Assembly: GCA_943372705.1 (NCBI GenBank) | Contig: CALRZR010000009.1 | Location: 2,644 to 66,643, forward strand | Direction of reading: 5' to 3' | DNA length: 64,000 nt | Source: Opitutus sp. GAS368 | Lineage (GTDB): Bacteria > Verrucomicrobiota > Verrucomicrobiia > Opitutales > Opitutaceae | Part shown: positions 51,960-61,651 of the stretch, one piece after another | Numbering within the stretch: the first letter of the stretch is position 1 | Layout of the letters: each line of letters opens with the position of its first letter | The notes under the pieces: model-generated | Database searches by the model: none | What the model was told of the DNA's origin: nothing | Seen by the model: the letters and a program-made list of their open reading frames with translations, nothing else | Program-made: the position numbers and the translations under genes

Positions 51960-53375
51960 TTACTTCGCGGCGAGGGGGATGAACCAGCCGGTGACGCTTT
52001 GGTTGATGTCGAGGTATTGCTGGGCGACGCGCTTCACATCGGCGGCGGTGACTTTGGCCATGGCAGCATCGAGCGTGTAGTAGAGCGTCCAATCGCCGGC
52101 GGCGATGTCCTCGTTGAGATTGCCGGCGATGGAGAAGTAACCGTCGCGTTTGTAGGCGGTGGCGGCCTTGATTTTGCCGAGGGCGGTGGCGACTTCGGCG
52201 TCGGTGACGCCGGCGGATTTCACACGGTCGATTTCTTCGAGGAGGAGTTTCTCGACCTGCTCGTGCGTGGCGCCGGGCGCGAGGTTCGCGTAGACGTTGA
52301 GCAGCGACGGGTCGTGGAAGTAGCCGGTGTTGGCGCTGACGTTAAGCGTGAGGTTTTTGTCGGTGAGGGCGCGGTAGAAGCGGCTGGTTTTGCCGGAGGA
52401 AAGGATGCTCGAGAGCACGTTCAGGGCGGGGATATCGGGGTGGCGGGCGGCGGGCGTTTTGTAGGCGATGCCGACGACACCGAGTTCGCCGGCGCGACGG
52501 ACGGTGACGCGGCGCGGGCCGCTCTGCGCGGGCTCTTCGGTGTAAACCTGGGGGATGGGCTTCGGGGCGCGCGGATATTTGCCGTAGTGTTTTTTGACGA
52601 GCGCGAGGCCGGCGGCGGGGTCGAAGTCGCCGATGATCGTGACGGTGGCGTTGTCGGGCCAATAGAAGGTGTCGTAGAACTCGCGGAGCTTTTCGATGGA
52701 GACTTTCTCGATGTCGGAGCGCCAGCCGATGGTGCTGTGGTGGTAGGGGTGGGCTTGGAAGGCAGCGGCGTTCATCTCTTTGTCGAGGGCCTGCTCGGGA
52801 TCGTTTTCGCCGATCTCGAATTCGTTGCGCACGACGGTCATCTCGGGACGGCGGTCGTCCTCGCGGAGCCAGAGGTTGCGCATGCGGTCGGCCTCGATGG
52901 CCATGTAGCCTTCGAGGTGTTCGTTGCCGATCTCGGCATAATAGTTGGTGCGGTCGAGGTAGGTGGTGGCGTTGTAGTTGCCGCCGACGCGTTCGAGGAA
53001 CTGTTTCACGCTGTTACCCTTCTTGTCGTTGAAGGCGTCGGAGCCCTTGAACATGAGATGCTCGAGGAGGTGCGTGGCGCCGGTGGTGCCGGTGACCTCG
53101 TTGCGGGAGCCGACGCGATAGGTGACCATAAACGTCACGACGGGCGCGGAGTGCTCGGGCAGGAGTAGGACGGCGAGGCCGTTCGAATCGAGTTTATATT
53201 CGGTGATGGCGCCGACGGTTTTGACGAAGGAAAAGCCGTCGACCGTGACCCGTTCGGCAGGCTCAGGGCGGGCGGGGGCGGCGGCGCGGAGTGCTGCGAA
53301 CGGCGACGATACGGCGAGCGCGGCAGCGGCGAGGGCGAGGGTGACGAAACGGGGGCGGAGGAGGGAGACGTGCAT
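51960..53375 (-). CDS. M16-family zinc metallopeptidase (active subunit)
   Basis: 471-aa ORF. Signal peptide. Inverted zinc motif HLLEHLMFKG (HxxEH). Confidence 0.9.
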   Translation of the reverse strand: MHVSLLRPRFVTLALAAAALAVSSPFAALRAAAPARPEPAERVTVDGFSFVKTVGAITEYKLDSNGLAVLLLPEHSAPVVTFMVTYRVGSRNEVTGTTGATHLLEHLMFKGSDAFNDKKGNSVKQFLERVGGNYNATTYLDRTNYYAEIGNEHLEGYMAIEADRMRNLWLREDDRRPEMTVVRNEFEIGENDPEQALDKEMNAAAFQAHPYHHSTIGWRSDIEKVSIEKLREFYDTFYWPDNATVTIIGDFDPAAGLALVKKHYGKYPRAPKPIPQVYTEEPAQSGPRRVTVRRAGELGVVGIAYKTPAARHPDIPALNVLSSILSSGKTSRFYRALTDKNLTLNVSANTGYFHDPSLLNVYANLAPGATHEQVEKLLLEEIDRVKSAGVTDAEVATALGKIKAATAYKRDGYFSIAGNLNEDIAAGDWTLYYTLDAAMAKVTAADVKRVAQQYLDINQSVTGWFIPLAAK

Positions 53376-53493
53376 GCGGTTGGGAACTTGAGGCGGGAAG
53401 GTGGAGAGGTTTCGGAAAACGCCAAGCGGTTAGCGACGAATGGTGCGGGGGCGGGATGAGCGGACGGCGGCGCCGTGGGTGTAAGGGCGAGCG

Positions 53494-53519
53494 GCGCGTT
53501 GGGGACAATGCGCCCTACC
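53494..53519 (-). repeat. REP-like hairpin (GTAG-head type)
   Basis: gcgcgttg-ggga-caatgcgc (one G-T pair) followed by cctacc. Confidence 0.55.
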
Positions 53520-53530
53520 TCGGAGCTTGA

Positions 53531-54466
53531 TCAGTCGAAGAACGGGAAGAGGCGCTTGAGGGCGGCGCGGTCGGGCTGGGTGCCGTATTCGCAGATCTCG
53601 AAGGCCTCGGCGTGTTTCACGGTGCCGGCGGCGGGGCCGGGATACCACGTGGCGAGTTCTTTCTGGAAACGGGCGGCGATGGCCTGGAAGCGCCGGTGGA
53701 AATTTTGGCGGACCTGGAGCTGGCGGGCGCGTTGGCCGGCGGCGTCGGCGGGGTAGAGCGACGCGTTGCCGTTGGCGCCGCCCTCGGCGAACTGCGAAAC
53801 CATGACGGCGAGGGCATCGAGTTTCCTTTCGATCACGGGGTCGATGGAGATGACGATGTCGGCGCGGGACGGGGCGGGCTTCAGGAAGCGGTCGGTGTAA
53901 TACATGAAGACGGGATTTTTCGTCATCGCGGGCACATCGGGGCAAAAGAACGGGACGGTGACCATGAAGGCGGCGTCTTGGACGAGGACGCCGGTGTAGC
54001 GGTGGTCGGGATGGTAGTCGTTGGTGCGCGGGCCGAGGACGACGTCGGCGTTCCACTCGCGGATGAGGCGCGTGAGCTTGCGGCGGTTTTCGAGCGTGGG
54101 CTCGAGTTCGCCGTCGTGGTTGTCGAGGACGACGCCTTGGATGCCGAGGAGGCGGTGGGCCTCGTCGACCTCGGCTTTGCGGCGGAGGGCGAGGGGGCCG
54201 CCGGCTTCGCGCCAGTGGCCGATGTCACCATTGGTGACGGAGACGAGGAGCACGTGATGGCCGGCAGCGGCCCAGCGCGCGGCGGTGCCGCCGACTTGGA
54301 GTTCGCAGTCATCGGGGTGCGCGCCGAAAGCGATGATGCGGAGCTTGCCGTCGTTGGCGGGTGGCAGCGTGACGCCGGGGATCGCAGCGCGCAGCAGGGG
54401 TGAGGTGGTGAAGGTGAGGACGAGCGCGAGGAGGGCGAGGAGTTGGCGGGTGGGGTGTGAAATCAT
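53531..54466 (-). CDS. PIG-L/LmbE-family deacetylase, secreted
   Basis: ATG at residue 96 of ORF 53531..54751 (MISHPTRQLLALLALVLTFTTSPLLRA). Motif IIAFGAHPDDCELQVGG. Start coordinate derived from ORF-track arithmetic. Confidence 0.8.
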   Translation of the reverse strand: MISHPTRQLLALLALVLTFTTSPLLRAAIPGVTLPPANDGKLRIIAFGAHPDDCELQVGGTAARWAAAGHHVLLVSVTNGDIGHWREAGGPLALRRKAEVDEAHRLLGIQGVVLDNHDGELEPTLENRRKLTRLIREWNADVVLGPRTNDYHPDHRYTGVLVQDAAFMVTVPFFCPDVPAMTKNPVFMYYTDRFLKPAPSRADIVISIDPVIERKLDALAVMVSQFAEGGANGNASLYPADAAGQRARQLQVRQNFHRRFQAIAARFQKELATWYPGPAAGTVKHAEAFEICEYGTQPDRAALKRLFPFFD

Positions 54467-54708
54467 GGGGAGCGGGGTGTGATGCGCACGGTAGCGGCCG
54501 AGCTGTAAACGCCAAGCGGTTTGGCGTGCATCAAGGGGGCACATCGCCCTTGCGCCGAAGCGGGGGCTTCGTGAGCTTCGCCGCCGCCCCACATGCCCGC
54601 AGTGCCGCCCATTGCCTCTCGCGCTGATGTCTTCCGCTCTCCGTCGACCTCGTTGGTCGAAGCAGAGGGGGTTCGGCAGGGCATTTGCTTGAACGGGAGG
54701 CCCTCCGC

Positions 54709-57700
54709 ATGAGCGAGTCATCGAAAGCCGTTTTTCTGAGCTACGCGTCACAAGACGCAGTGGCGGTGGAGCGCATCGCGGAGGCGTTGCGGGCGAGCGG
54801 GGTCGAGGTGTGGTTCGATAAGGACGAACTCGTGGGCGGCGATGCGTGGGATCAGAAGATCCGGCGGCAGATCAAGGAGTGTGCGCTGTTTGTGCCGGTG
54901 ATTTCGGCGAACACCAATGCGCGGGCCGAGGGGTATTTTCGCTTGGAGTGGAAGCTCGCGGTGGATCGTTCGCACCTGATGGCGGATGATGCGCCGTTTT
55001 TGTTTCCCGTGGTGATCGACGACACGAGCGATGCCGCGGCGCGCGTGCCGGATCGGTTTCGCGAGGTGCAGTGGACGCGGCTGAGTGTGAAGGATACGCC
55101 GACCCATTCGGCAAGCTCAGGGCTGGAGATGCTGGCGGTGCGGGTGGGGAAACTTTTGGTCGGGGGCGGGGACGTTCGTAGCGGAAGCCGTGAGGCTTTC
55201 GGGCGGGGGAATGAAACGCTCACGCGCTCCGCTACAAAACGGGGGCCGGCCTGGTTGCGGAATGTCGCGATGATCGGCGGGCTGGCGATCGGGTTGGTGT
55301 ATGCGGTGCGGCCGATGTTTTTCCCTACGGCGTTGCGCGAAAAGAAGTCGGCGGCGACGGCCACGTCTCTGGTGGCACCGGCCGCGAGCGAGGGCGTCAA
55401 ACTCGCGCAGCGGGCCAAGGCGCTCTACGACAAGGCGGGCTTCGGGCGCGACGACCTCGCGCTGGCGGACGAATTTGCGAAGCGCGCGACGGACGCGGAG
55501 CCGACGGTGGCGTTCGTCTGGGGTGTGCGGGCGCACGTGCAGGCGGCGTATCTGTTTCGCGGTTTCGCGGTGGGCGACGAGTTTGTGCAGCGGGCACGGG
55601 ATGCGCAGTCGTTGGCCAACCGGGCGTTGGCGCTCGACGCGAACGAGGCCGAGGCGCTGCTCGCGCAGGGTCGCGTGGCGACCTATCAGCGCGCGTATGT
55701 GCAGGCGGAAGAGATTCTGGCGCGAGGTGTCGCCGCACATCCCGACGATAACCGCATGCGCCGCGCGCTGGGCGTGCTGCTGCGCTACCAAACGAAACGC
55801 GTCGGCGAGGCGCTGGGTGTGTTGCAGGAGGCGGTGCGGCACGATGCGCGTGATGCGCTGGCGCGCTATGACCTCGCGGCGACGTTGGTGCCGGCCTGGA
55901 ACTTTCCCAAGGCGTGGGAGGAATACGAGGCGGCGATCAAGCTGCAGCCGTTTGGAACCTTGCTGCTGAATCAGGCGACGCTGGCGATTCGGTGGAAGGG
56001 AGACGTGGCTGCGATGCGCGCCGTGCTCAACCGGCTCGCGCCGGGCGATCGCGCGGAGGATCGGGCGGTGCACATTGCGATGCTGTGCGGCGTGCTGGAG
56101 CGCGCGCCCGATGCAACGGTGACGGCCGCGGCAATGACGTCGCGCGATTACCTCGAAGACAGCGGATTTGCCGGTCCCAAGGCGTGGTTTCCCGCGTTGG
56201 CCTATCAGCGGTCCGGCAAGGAAAACCTGGCGCGCGCGCAATGGCAGTTGGCGGAAGTGGTATTGCGGGAGCGCATCCGCTCGGACCCGAAGGCCGGGCG
56301 CTATCGGAGCCAGCTCGCACTCACGCTGGCGTGGCTCGGTCGCACCGAGGAGGCGGCGCGAGAGCTGGCGCCCATCGAAGCCGCGTGGCGCGAGCAGATG
56401 GGGCCCGGAGTGGCCCGCGATCTGGCGCGGCACTACGCGGCGTGCGGCGAGGCGGTGCAGGCCGTGATGTATCTGCGGCAGGCGGTGAACCAAGCCTGGT
56501 TTTATACCGATCAGGACATGCGCTTCGATCCGTTCCTCGACAAGGTGCGCGACACGCCGGAGTTCGCGGCTTTGTTGGCGAACATGCCAAAACAACCGGC
56601 GACGATTGTGCCGGTGCCGTATCAAAGGAAGGCACCGGCGGCGGCCACGGCGGAATCGCGCGAGGCGGAGCAGATCGTGACGCAGGTTTACGCGATGTTG
56701 GCGAAGGTGGGCTATACGCGGGAGAATCTTGCGGTAGCCGAGGAGCAGACGCGGAAGGCCACGGAGCTCGCACCCGGCTCGGCGCGGGCGTGGGCGGCGC
56801 GCGCGCGGGTGCAGGCGGCGTATATCCAGCGGATTTGGGACAACTCGGCCAAGCGGCGACAGGACGCGGAAAATTTTGCCGCGCGGGCGCTGTCGATCGA
56901 TCCCGACGAGGCGGATGCCATGGTCGCGCAGGCATGGGCAGCGGGGCCGCTGAAGAGCGAGGCGCTTTTGCGGCGGGCCATGGAGTTGCGCCCAACCGAG
57001 CCGCTGATCCGGCGGGCGCTGGGCAACGCGTTGCTCAGTCAAGGCCGCGTCGACGAGTCATTGGCGCTGCGCCGGGAAACGGTGCGGTTGTTTCCCGACG
57101 ATGCCCTTTCGCATTACGACCTCGGTTTGTATTACAACAATACCCCGGGGAACGCCGAGCTTGCGCTGGCGAGTATCGAGGCCGCGCTGGCTATCGAGCC
57201 CTTCGCAAGCGCCCTTTTGAACAAAGCGCTGTTGCTGAGTGGCAGTCGCGGTGACTTGCGCGCGGCGCGGCGCGCGATCGAAGCGGTGGAGCCGTCCGAA
57301 CGGGGCGAAGATCGGGCGGTGAGCACGGCGATGTGGCTCGGTCTGCTGGAGGGTGATCCGGAGCGGGTCAGGGCGGCAGCGGCGTGGTCGGCGCGGCCGT
57401 ATTTCGAAGACATTTTTTTCCGCGGGCCGAAAGCCTGGATGCTGGCCCATGCGCAGCGACGCGGCGGGAAAGGAACACTCGCCCGACTCCAGTGGGAGGA
57501 AGCGGAGGCGATTTTGCGGGAACGACTGCGTGAAAAACCGACCGATGTGGCGGAAAGAGGGCGGCTGAGCGTCACGCTCGTGTGGTTGGGTCGAGGAGCG
57601 GAAGCGGCGGCGGAAATTGCGACTCTGGACGGTGCCGCACGCGAAGTGAACGACTGGACGCTCAACGTCCTGGCGGCTCAACTCTACGCCGGGCTGGGCG

Positions 57701-57864
57701 ACGCGGCGAAGGCCGTGCCGTTCCTGCGGAAGGCGCTCAACGTCCGCTACACGCTCACCGATCGCACGCTCCCGCTCGATCCGTGGTGGGACAAGTTGCG
57801 CGGGCAGCCGGAGTTTGAGGCGCTACTCGCGGAGGCGAAAGCGCGGGTGGAGGCGAAGAAGTAG
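54709..57864 (+). CDS. TIR-domain protein with TM segment and two tandem copies of a large TPR-like module
   Basis: ATG at residue 9 of ORF 54685..57864 (the listed start is TTG). TIR pattern: KAVFLSYASQDAVAVERIAEALRASGVEVWFDKDELVGGDAWDQKIRRQIKECALFVPVISANTNARAEGYFRLEWKLA. TM segment VAMIGGLAIGLVYAV. Two paralogous modules of about 400 aa. Confidence 0.85.
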   Translation: MSESSKAVFLSYASQDAVAVERIAEALRASGVEVWFDKDELVGGDAWDQKIRRQIKECALFVPVISANTNARAEGYFRLEWKLAVDRSHLMADDAPFLFPVVIDDTSDAAARVPDRFREVQWTRLSVKDTPTHSASSGLEMLAVRVGKLLVGGGDVRSGSREAFGRGNETLTRSATKRGPAWLRNVAMIGGLAIGLVYAVRPMFFPTALREKKSAATATSLVAPAASEGVKLAQRAKALYDKAGFGRDDLALADEFAKRATDAEPTVAFVWGVRAHVQAAYLFRGFAVGDEFVQRARDAQSLANRALALDANEAEALLAQGRVATYQRAYVQAEEILARGVAAHPDDNRMRRALGVLLRYQTKRVGEALGVLQEAVRHDARDALARYDLAATLVPAWNFPKAWEEYEAAIKLQPFGTLLLNQATLAIRWKGDVAAMRAVLNRLAPGDRAEDRAVHIAMLCGVLERAPDATVTAAAMTSRDYLEDSGFAGPKAWFPALAYQRSGKENLARAQWQLAEVVLRERIRSDPKAGRYRSQLALTLAWLGRTEEAARELAPIEAAWREQMGPGVARDLARHYAACGEAVQAVMYLRQAVNQAWFYTDQDMRFDPFLDKVRDTPEFAALLANMPKQPATIVPVPYQRKAPAAATAESREAEQIVTQVYAMLAKVGYTRENLAVAEEQTRKATELAPGSARAWAARARVQAAYIQRIWDNSAKRRQDAENFAARALSIDPDEADAMVAQAWAAGPLKSEALLRRAMELRPTEPLIRRALGNALLSQGRVDESLALRRETVRLFPDDALSHYDLGLYYNNTPGNAELALASIEAALAIEPFASALLNKALLLSGSRGDLRAARRAIEAVEPSERGEDRAVSTAMWLGLLEGDPERVRAAAAWSARPYFEDIFFRGPKAWMLAHAQRRGGKGTLARLQWEEAEAILRERLREKPTDVAERGRLSVTLVWLGRGAEAAAEIATLDGAAREVNDWTLNVLAAQLYAGLGDAAKAVPFLRKALNVRYTLTDRTLPLDPWWDKLRGQPEFEALLAEAKARVEAKK

Positions 57865-57960
57865 ACGGCGGAAAACGGCTGGCCTCGGCGCGTTGCGGCG
57901 ACGTGCGCGGGGCCGGCGACAGTTGGGTGAAAGCAGCGGTGCTGCGCCAGAGCCAAACCA

Positions 57961-57986
57961 GCGGCTTGAGGTCAAGCCGCTCCACC
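57961..57986 (-). repeat. REP-like hairpin (GTGG-head type)
   Basis: gcggcttg-aggt-caagccgc-tccacc. Same architecture as the 1979 family, with compensatory stem changes. Confidence 0.6.
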
Positions 57987-58000
57987 TTCAGAGAGGACGG

Positions 58001-60094
58001 ATGCGTAAATCATCTGGTTTTATCGTAAGTGTTTTGGCGTTGGCTTGGTCGGCGGGGCTCGCCCAACCCCGTCCGGTGGAACTTGAGGATTTGTTTCGGC
58101 TGAAGCGGGTGGCTGATCCGCAGATTTCGCCGGATGGGAAGCGCGTCGCCTATGTGGTGACCGAGGTATTGAAGGCGGAGAACCGGACGAATGCGGATAT
58201 CTGGATCGTGAACGCGGACCCTTCGGCGGGCTCAGGGCAGGCGGGTGGCGAACCGCGGCGGCTGACGGCGTCGCCGAAACGCGATGCGCATCCGCGGTGG
58301 TCGCCGGACGGAAAGTGGATCGCGTTTGAATCCGCGCGCGACGGCGTGCCGCAGATTTTCCTGCTACCGGTGGACGGCGGCGAGGCGAAGAAGCTCACGA
58401 CGATTTCCACGGGCGCGGGGCAGGCGATTTGGGCGCCGGACGGAAAGTCGCTCGCGTTTGTGTCGGCGGTGTTTCCGGAGTTTTCGGCGAAACCGTATGC
58501 GGAAGCCGACAAGGCCAACAAGGCGAAGCTCGATGCGCGTGAGAACAGCAAGGTGAAGGCGCGGGTGATCGACAAACTGCTCTACCGGCACTGGGACTCG
58601 TGGGTCGACGACCTGCGTCAGCAAATTTTCGTCGTGAAGGTGAAAGCGGACGGCACGGCCGACGGCGAGCCGCGCAATGTGACGCCGGGTGAAAATGACG
58701 CGGTGCCGACTTCGAGCACGTTCAGCGCGGGCGATGAATTTGCGTGGTCGCCGGACGGGACGGAGATCGTGTTTTCCGCGCCGCCGCTGCCGATCCGCGA
58801 GCAGGCGTGGCGCACGAACCACGATGTGTGGTTGGTGAAGCTCGCGACAGGTGAGCGGAAGAATCTCACGGCGGCGAATGCGGCGGCGGATGGTCTGCCA
58901 CGGTTTTCGCCGGACGGAAAAACGCTCGCGTATCGCGCGCAGGCGCGGGCGGGCTTCGAGGCGGACAAGTGGGATTTGTGGTTGCTCGACCGCGCGAGCG
59001 GGCAGCGGCGCAATGTCACGGCCGCGTGGGCGGGCTCGGTGGACAACTATGTGTGGTCCCCGGACGGGCAGACGATTTTCCTCGAAGGACAGGAAAAGGG
59101 GCGCGCGCCGCTGTGGAGTGTGCCGGTGGCGGGCGGCGAGGTGAAACGGCTCTTCGATGACGGCGTGAATCACGAAATTTCCGTGTCGCCGGACGGGCGT
59201 TGGCTGGCGTTCACCGGACAACGGCTAACGATGCCGGGCACGATCACGCGGTTTCGTCTGGGCGAGAAGGCACCGCAGCCGCTGGCGTTGACGAATGCGG
59301 CGGCGCTGTCGCAGGTGAAATTCGGCGCGGTCGATTCCGTGACCGTGAGTGGCGCGGGCGGCACGCCGGTGCAGATGTGGATCGTGAAGCCGCCGCAGTT
59401 TGAGGCGGGCAAAAAATATCCGCTCGTTTTTTGGGTGCACGGCGGGCCGCAGAGTGCGTTTCTCGACTCGTGGTCGGTGCGGTGGAACGCGCAGCTGTGG
59501 GCGGCGCAGGGCTACGTGATTGCGCTGCCGAATCCGCGTGGCTCGACGGGCTTTGGGCAGAAGTTCACCGACGAAATCTCACACGATTGGGGCGGGAAGG
59601 TGTTTGAGGATCTGATGGCGTGTCTCTCGCACTTGGAGAAACAGCCCTACATCGACACGACGCGCATGGCGGCGGCGGGGGCGAGCTACGGCGGCTACAT
59701 GATGAACTGGTTTCAGGGCCACACTGACAAATTCAAGACGCTCGTCACGCACTGCGGCGTCTACGATTTCGTGAGCATGTATGGGACGACGGAGGAGACG
59801 TGGTTCGACGAGTGGGACCACGGGATTCCGTGGGAGAATCCGGACTTCGAAAAATGGTCGCCGCACAAACACGCGGCGAAATTCAAGACGCCGAATTTGA
59901 TCATCCACAACGAACTCGATTTCCGCGTGCCGATTGGGCAGGGGCTGAGTTTGTTTACGACGCTGCAGCGGAAAGGCGTGCCGTCGAAGTTGCTGTATTT
60001 CCCCGATGAAGGTCACTGGGTGCTGAAGCCGCAGAACAGCGAGCTGTGGCACACGTCGGTGTTTGAATGGCTCGCGGGGTATTTGAAGAAGTAG
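58001..60094 (+). CDS. S9-family serine peptidase (prolyl oligopeptidase / acylaminoacyl-peptidase-like) with N-terminal beta-propeller
   Basis: ATG at residue 63 of ORF 57815..60094 (MRKSSGFIVSVLALAWSAGLA). Propeller repeats (ISPDGKRVAY, WSPDGKWIAF, WAPDGKSLAF...). Nucleophile elbow GASYGGYM. Confidence 0.9.
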   Translation: MRKSSGFIVSVLALAWSAGLAQPRPVELEDLFRLKRVADPQISPDGKRVAYVVTEVLKAENRTNADIWIVNADPSAGSGQAGGEPRRLTASPKRDAHPRWSPDGKWIAFESARDGVPQIFLLPVDGGEAKKLTTISTGAGQAIWAPDGKSLAFVSAVFPEFSAKPYAEADKANKAKLDARENSKVKARVIDKLLYRHWDSWVDDLRQQIFVVKVKADGTADGEPRNVTPGENDAVPTSSTFSAGDEFAWSPDGTEIVFSAPPLPIREQAWRTNHDVWLVKLATGERKNLTAANAAADGLPRFSPDGKTLAYRAQARAGFEADKWDLWLLDRASGQRRNVTAAWAGSVDNYVWSPDGQTIFLEGQEKGRAPLWSVPVAGGEVKRLFDDGVNHEISVSPDGRWLAFTGQRLTMPGTITRFRLGEKAPQPLALTNAAALSQVKFGAVDSVTVSGAGGTPVQMWIVKPPQFEAGKKYPLVFWVHGGPQSAFLDSWSVRWNAQLWAAQGYVIALPNPRGSTGFGQKFTDEISHDWGGKVFEDLMACLSHLEKQPYIDTTRMAAAGASYGGYMMNWFQGHTDKFKTLVTHCGVYDFVSMYGTTEETWFDEWDHGIPWENPDFEKWSPHKHAAKFKTPNLIIHNELDFRVPIGQGLSLFTTLQRKGVPSKLLYFPDEGHWVLKPQNSELWHTSVFEWLAGYLKK

Positions 60095-60143
60095 GATGCG
60101 ACCGACGGGGCGAGGAGCGGGTGGCAGGGGGCGAGGCGGGCGA

Positions 60144-60167
60144 CCGCGCGTTAACACGTGCGGCTAC
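60144..60167 (-). repeat. REP-like hairpin (GTAG-head type, ttaaca-loop family)
   Basis: ccgcgcg-ttaaca-cgtgcgg-ctac. 27-nt identity (gaccgcgcgttaacacgtgcggctacg) with 61610-61636. Confidence 0.7.
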
Positions 60168-60258
60168 GGGGTGAGGGCGGATGCAGGTTGAGCAGGGCGG
60201 CTGCCGACTTGCGGTTGGCACTCGGGTGGCTGTAGTCGTTTGCAAACGGCAAATTCCG

Positions 60259-61482
60259 ATGACGATGCATACCGATCTTGTGGGGACGATGGCGGCGCCG
60301 GTGGCGATCTTGCCGGAGGTGAGCCTGCGGGTGGCGATCATCGGGGCGGTCGTGGCGACGTTGCTTTTTGTGACGTTGGTCGTGCTGATTTGGCGGGCGC
60401 GGCAGCGGTTGTTGATGTGGATCGATCGGCGGTCGGTTGAGTGGACCAAGCGGATCACTTCGTGGCGGCTGCGGGTGCTCGGCGTGAAGCAGATCCGAAA
60501 TCTCGCGCGGATTTTTGTGCGGATGGTGAGTGCCGCGCTGCTGCTGGGCGGGGGCGTCGTTTGGCTCGCGTTTGTGCTGGAGCTGTTCACGGCGACGCGG
60601 GAGTGGGGCGACCGGTTGATTGCGGCGATGCTCGACCAGTTTTCCGGGATCGCGTGGGCGGCGCTCGCGGCGCTGCCGGGTATCGGCGTGGTGTTGGTGA
60701 TCTTCTTTTTCACGCGGTTGATCCACGAGTTTTTCAACCACTACTTTCGCTCGATCGAGGAAGGGGAGGTGAAGAGCGAGCTGTTTGACGAAGTGACGGC
60801 GGAGATCACGCGGCGACTGGCGGGCGTGGGGTTGTGGCTGGCGGCGCTCATCGTGGCGTATCCGTATATCCCGGGCAGTGACTCGGCGGCGTTCAAGGGG
60901 GTGTCGTTGCTGGCGGGCCTGATGGTGTCGCTGGGGTCGACGAATCTCATCGGGCAGATGGTGAACGGGCTGATGATCATCTACAGCCACGCGGTGCGGC
61001 CCGGTGATCTGATCGAGACCGGAGACGTGGAGGGCTCGATCGAGAAGCTGGGGCTGTTTTCGTGCAGCATCCGCACGGCGCAGGGGGTGTTGATCGTGGT
61101 GCCGAATTCGACGCTCGCGGCGGGGCTGAAAAACTATTCGCGGTCGCAACCCGGAGCGGCGGCGCAGTTCGTAACAGCCGTGACGATCGGCTACGAGGTG
61201 CCGTGGCGGCAGGTGCGCGAGTTGCTGCTGGCGGCGGCGGCGGATGTGCCCGAGGTGAGGAAGGAGCCGGCGCCGCTCGTGCGGCAGGCGGCGCTGGAGG
61301 ATTTTTACGTGCGCTACGAGCTGGTGTTTGCACCGGCCGATCCGGCGAAGCGGCGGGCGCTGCTCTCGGAGGTGCACGCGGCGATTCTCGACCGCTTCCA
61401 TGCGGCGGGCGTGCAGATCATGTCGCCCAATTACGAAAGCGATCCGGCCGAACCGAAGATTCCTCCGGCGGGGAAGAAGTGA
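60259..61482 (+). CDS. MscS-family mechanosensitive ion channel protein
   Basis: ATG at residue 27 of ORF 60181..61482. Several TM segments, then the MscS beta-domain signature RPGDLIETGDVEGSIEKLGLFSCSIRTAQGVLIVVPNS. Confidence 0.85.
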   Translation: MTMHTDLVGTMAAPVAILPEVSLRVAIIGAVVATLLFVTLVVLIWRARQRLLMWIDRRSVEWTKRITSWRLRVLGVKQIRNLARIFVRMVSAALLLGGGVVWLAFVLELFTATREWGDRLIAAMLDQFSGIAWAALAALPGIGVVLVIFFFTRLIHEFFNHYFRSIEEGEVKSELFDEVTAEITRRLAGVGLWLAALIVAYPYIPGSDSAAFKGVSLLAGLMVSLGSTNLIGQMVNGLMIIYSHAVRPGDLIETGDVEGSIEKLGLFSCSIRTAQGVLIVVPNSTLAAGLKNYSRSQPGAAAQFVTAVTIGYEVPWRQVRELLLAAAADVPEVRKEPAPLVRQAALEDFYVRYELVFAPADPAKRRALLSEVHAAILDRFHAAGVQIMSPNYESDPAEPKIPPAGKK

Positions 61483-61508
61483 GCGTGAGGTAGTCGGGGG
61501 GAGGGAGG

Positions 61509-61532
61509 CCGCACGTTAACACGTGCGGCTAC
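61509..61532 (-). repeat. REP-like hairpin (GTAG-head type, ttaaca-loop family)
   Basis: ccgcacg-ttaaca-cgtgcgg-ctac (perfect palindrome). Confidence 0.7.
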
Positions 61533-61612
61533 GGGGCGCGTGCGGCGACGGAGTGGGTGCGTGGGGAGGGCGAGGGGCCGGGGAGTAGCGGGTGGCGCCG
61601 GGCACGGGCGGA

Positions 61613-61636
61613 CCGCGCGTTAACACGTGCGGCTAC
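61613..61636 (-). repeat. REP-like hairpin (GTAG-head type, ttaaca-loop family)
   Basis: ccgcgcg-ttaaca-cgtgcgg-ctac. Second copy in the same intergenic region. Confidence 0.7.
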
Positions 61637-61651
61637 GAACGGGCGATGGAC

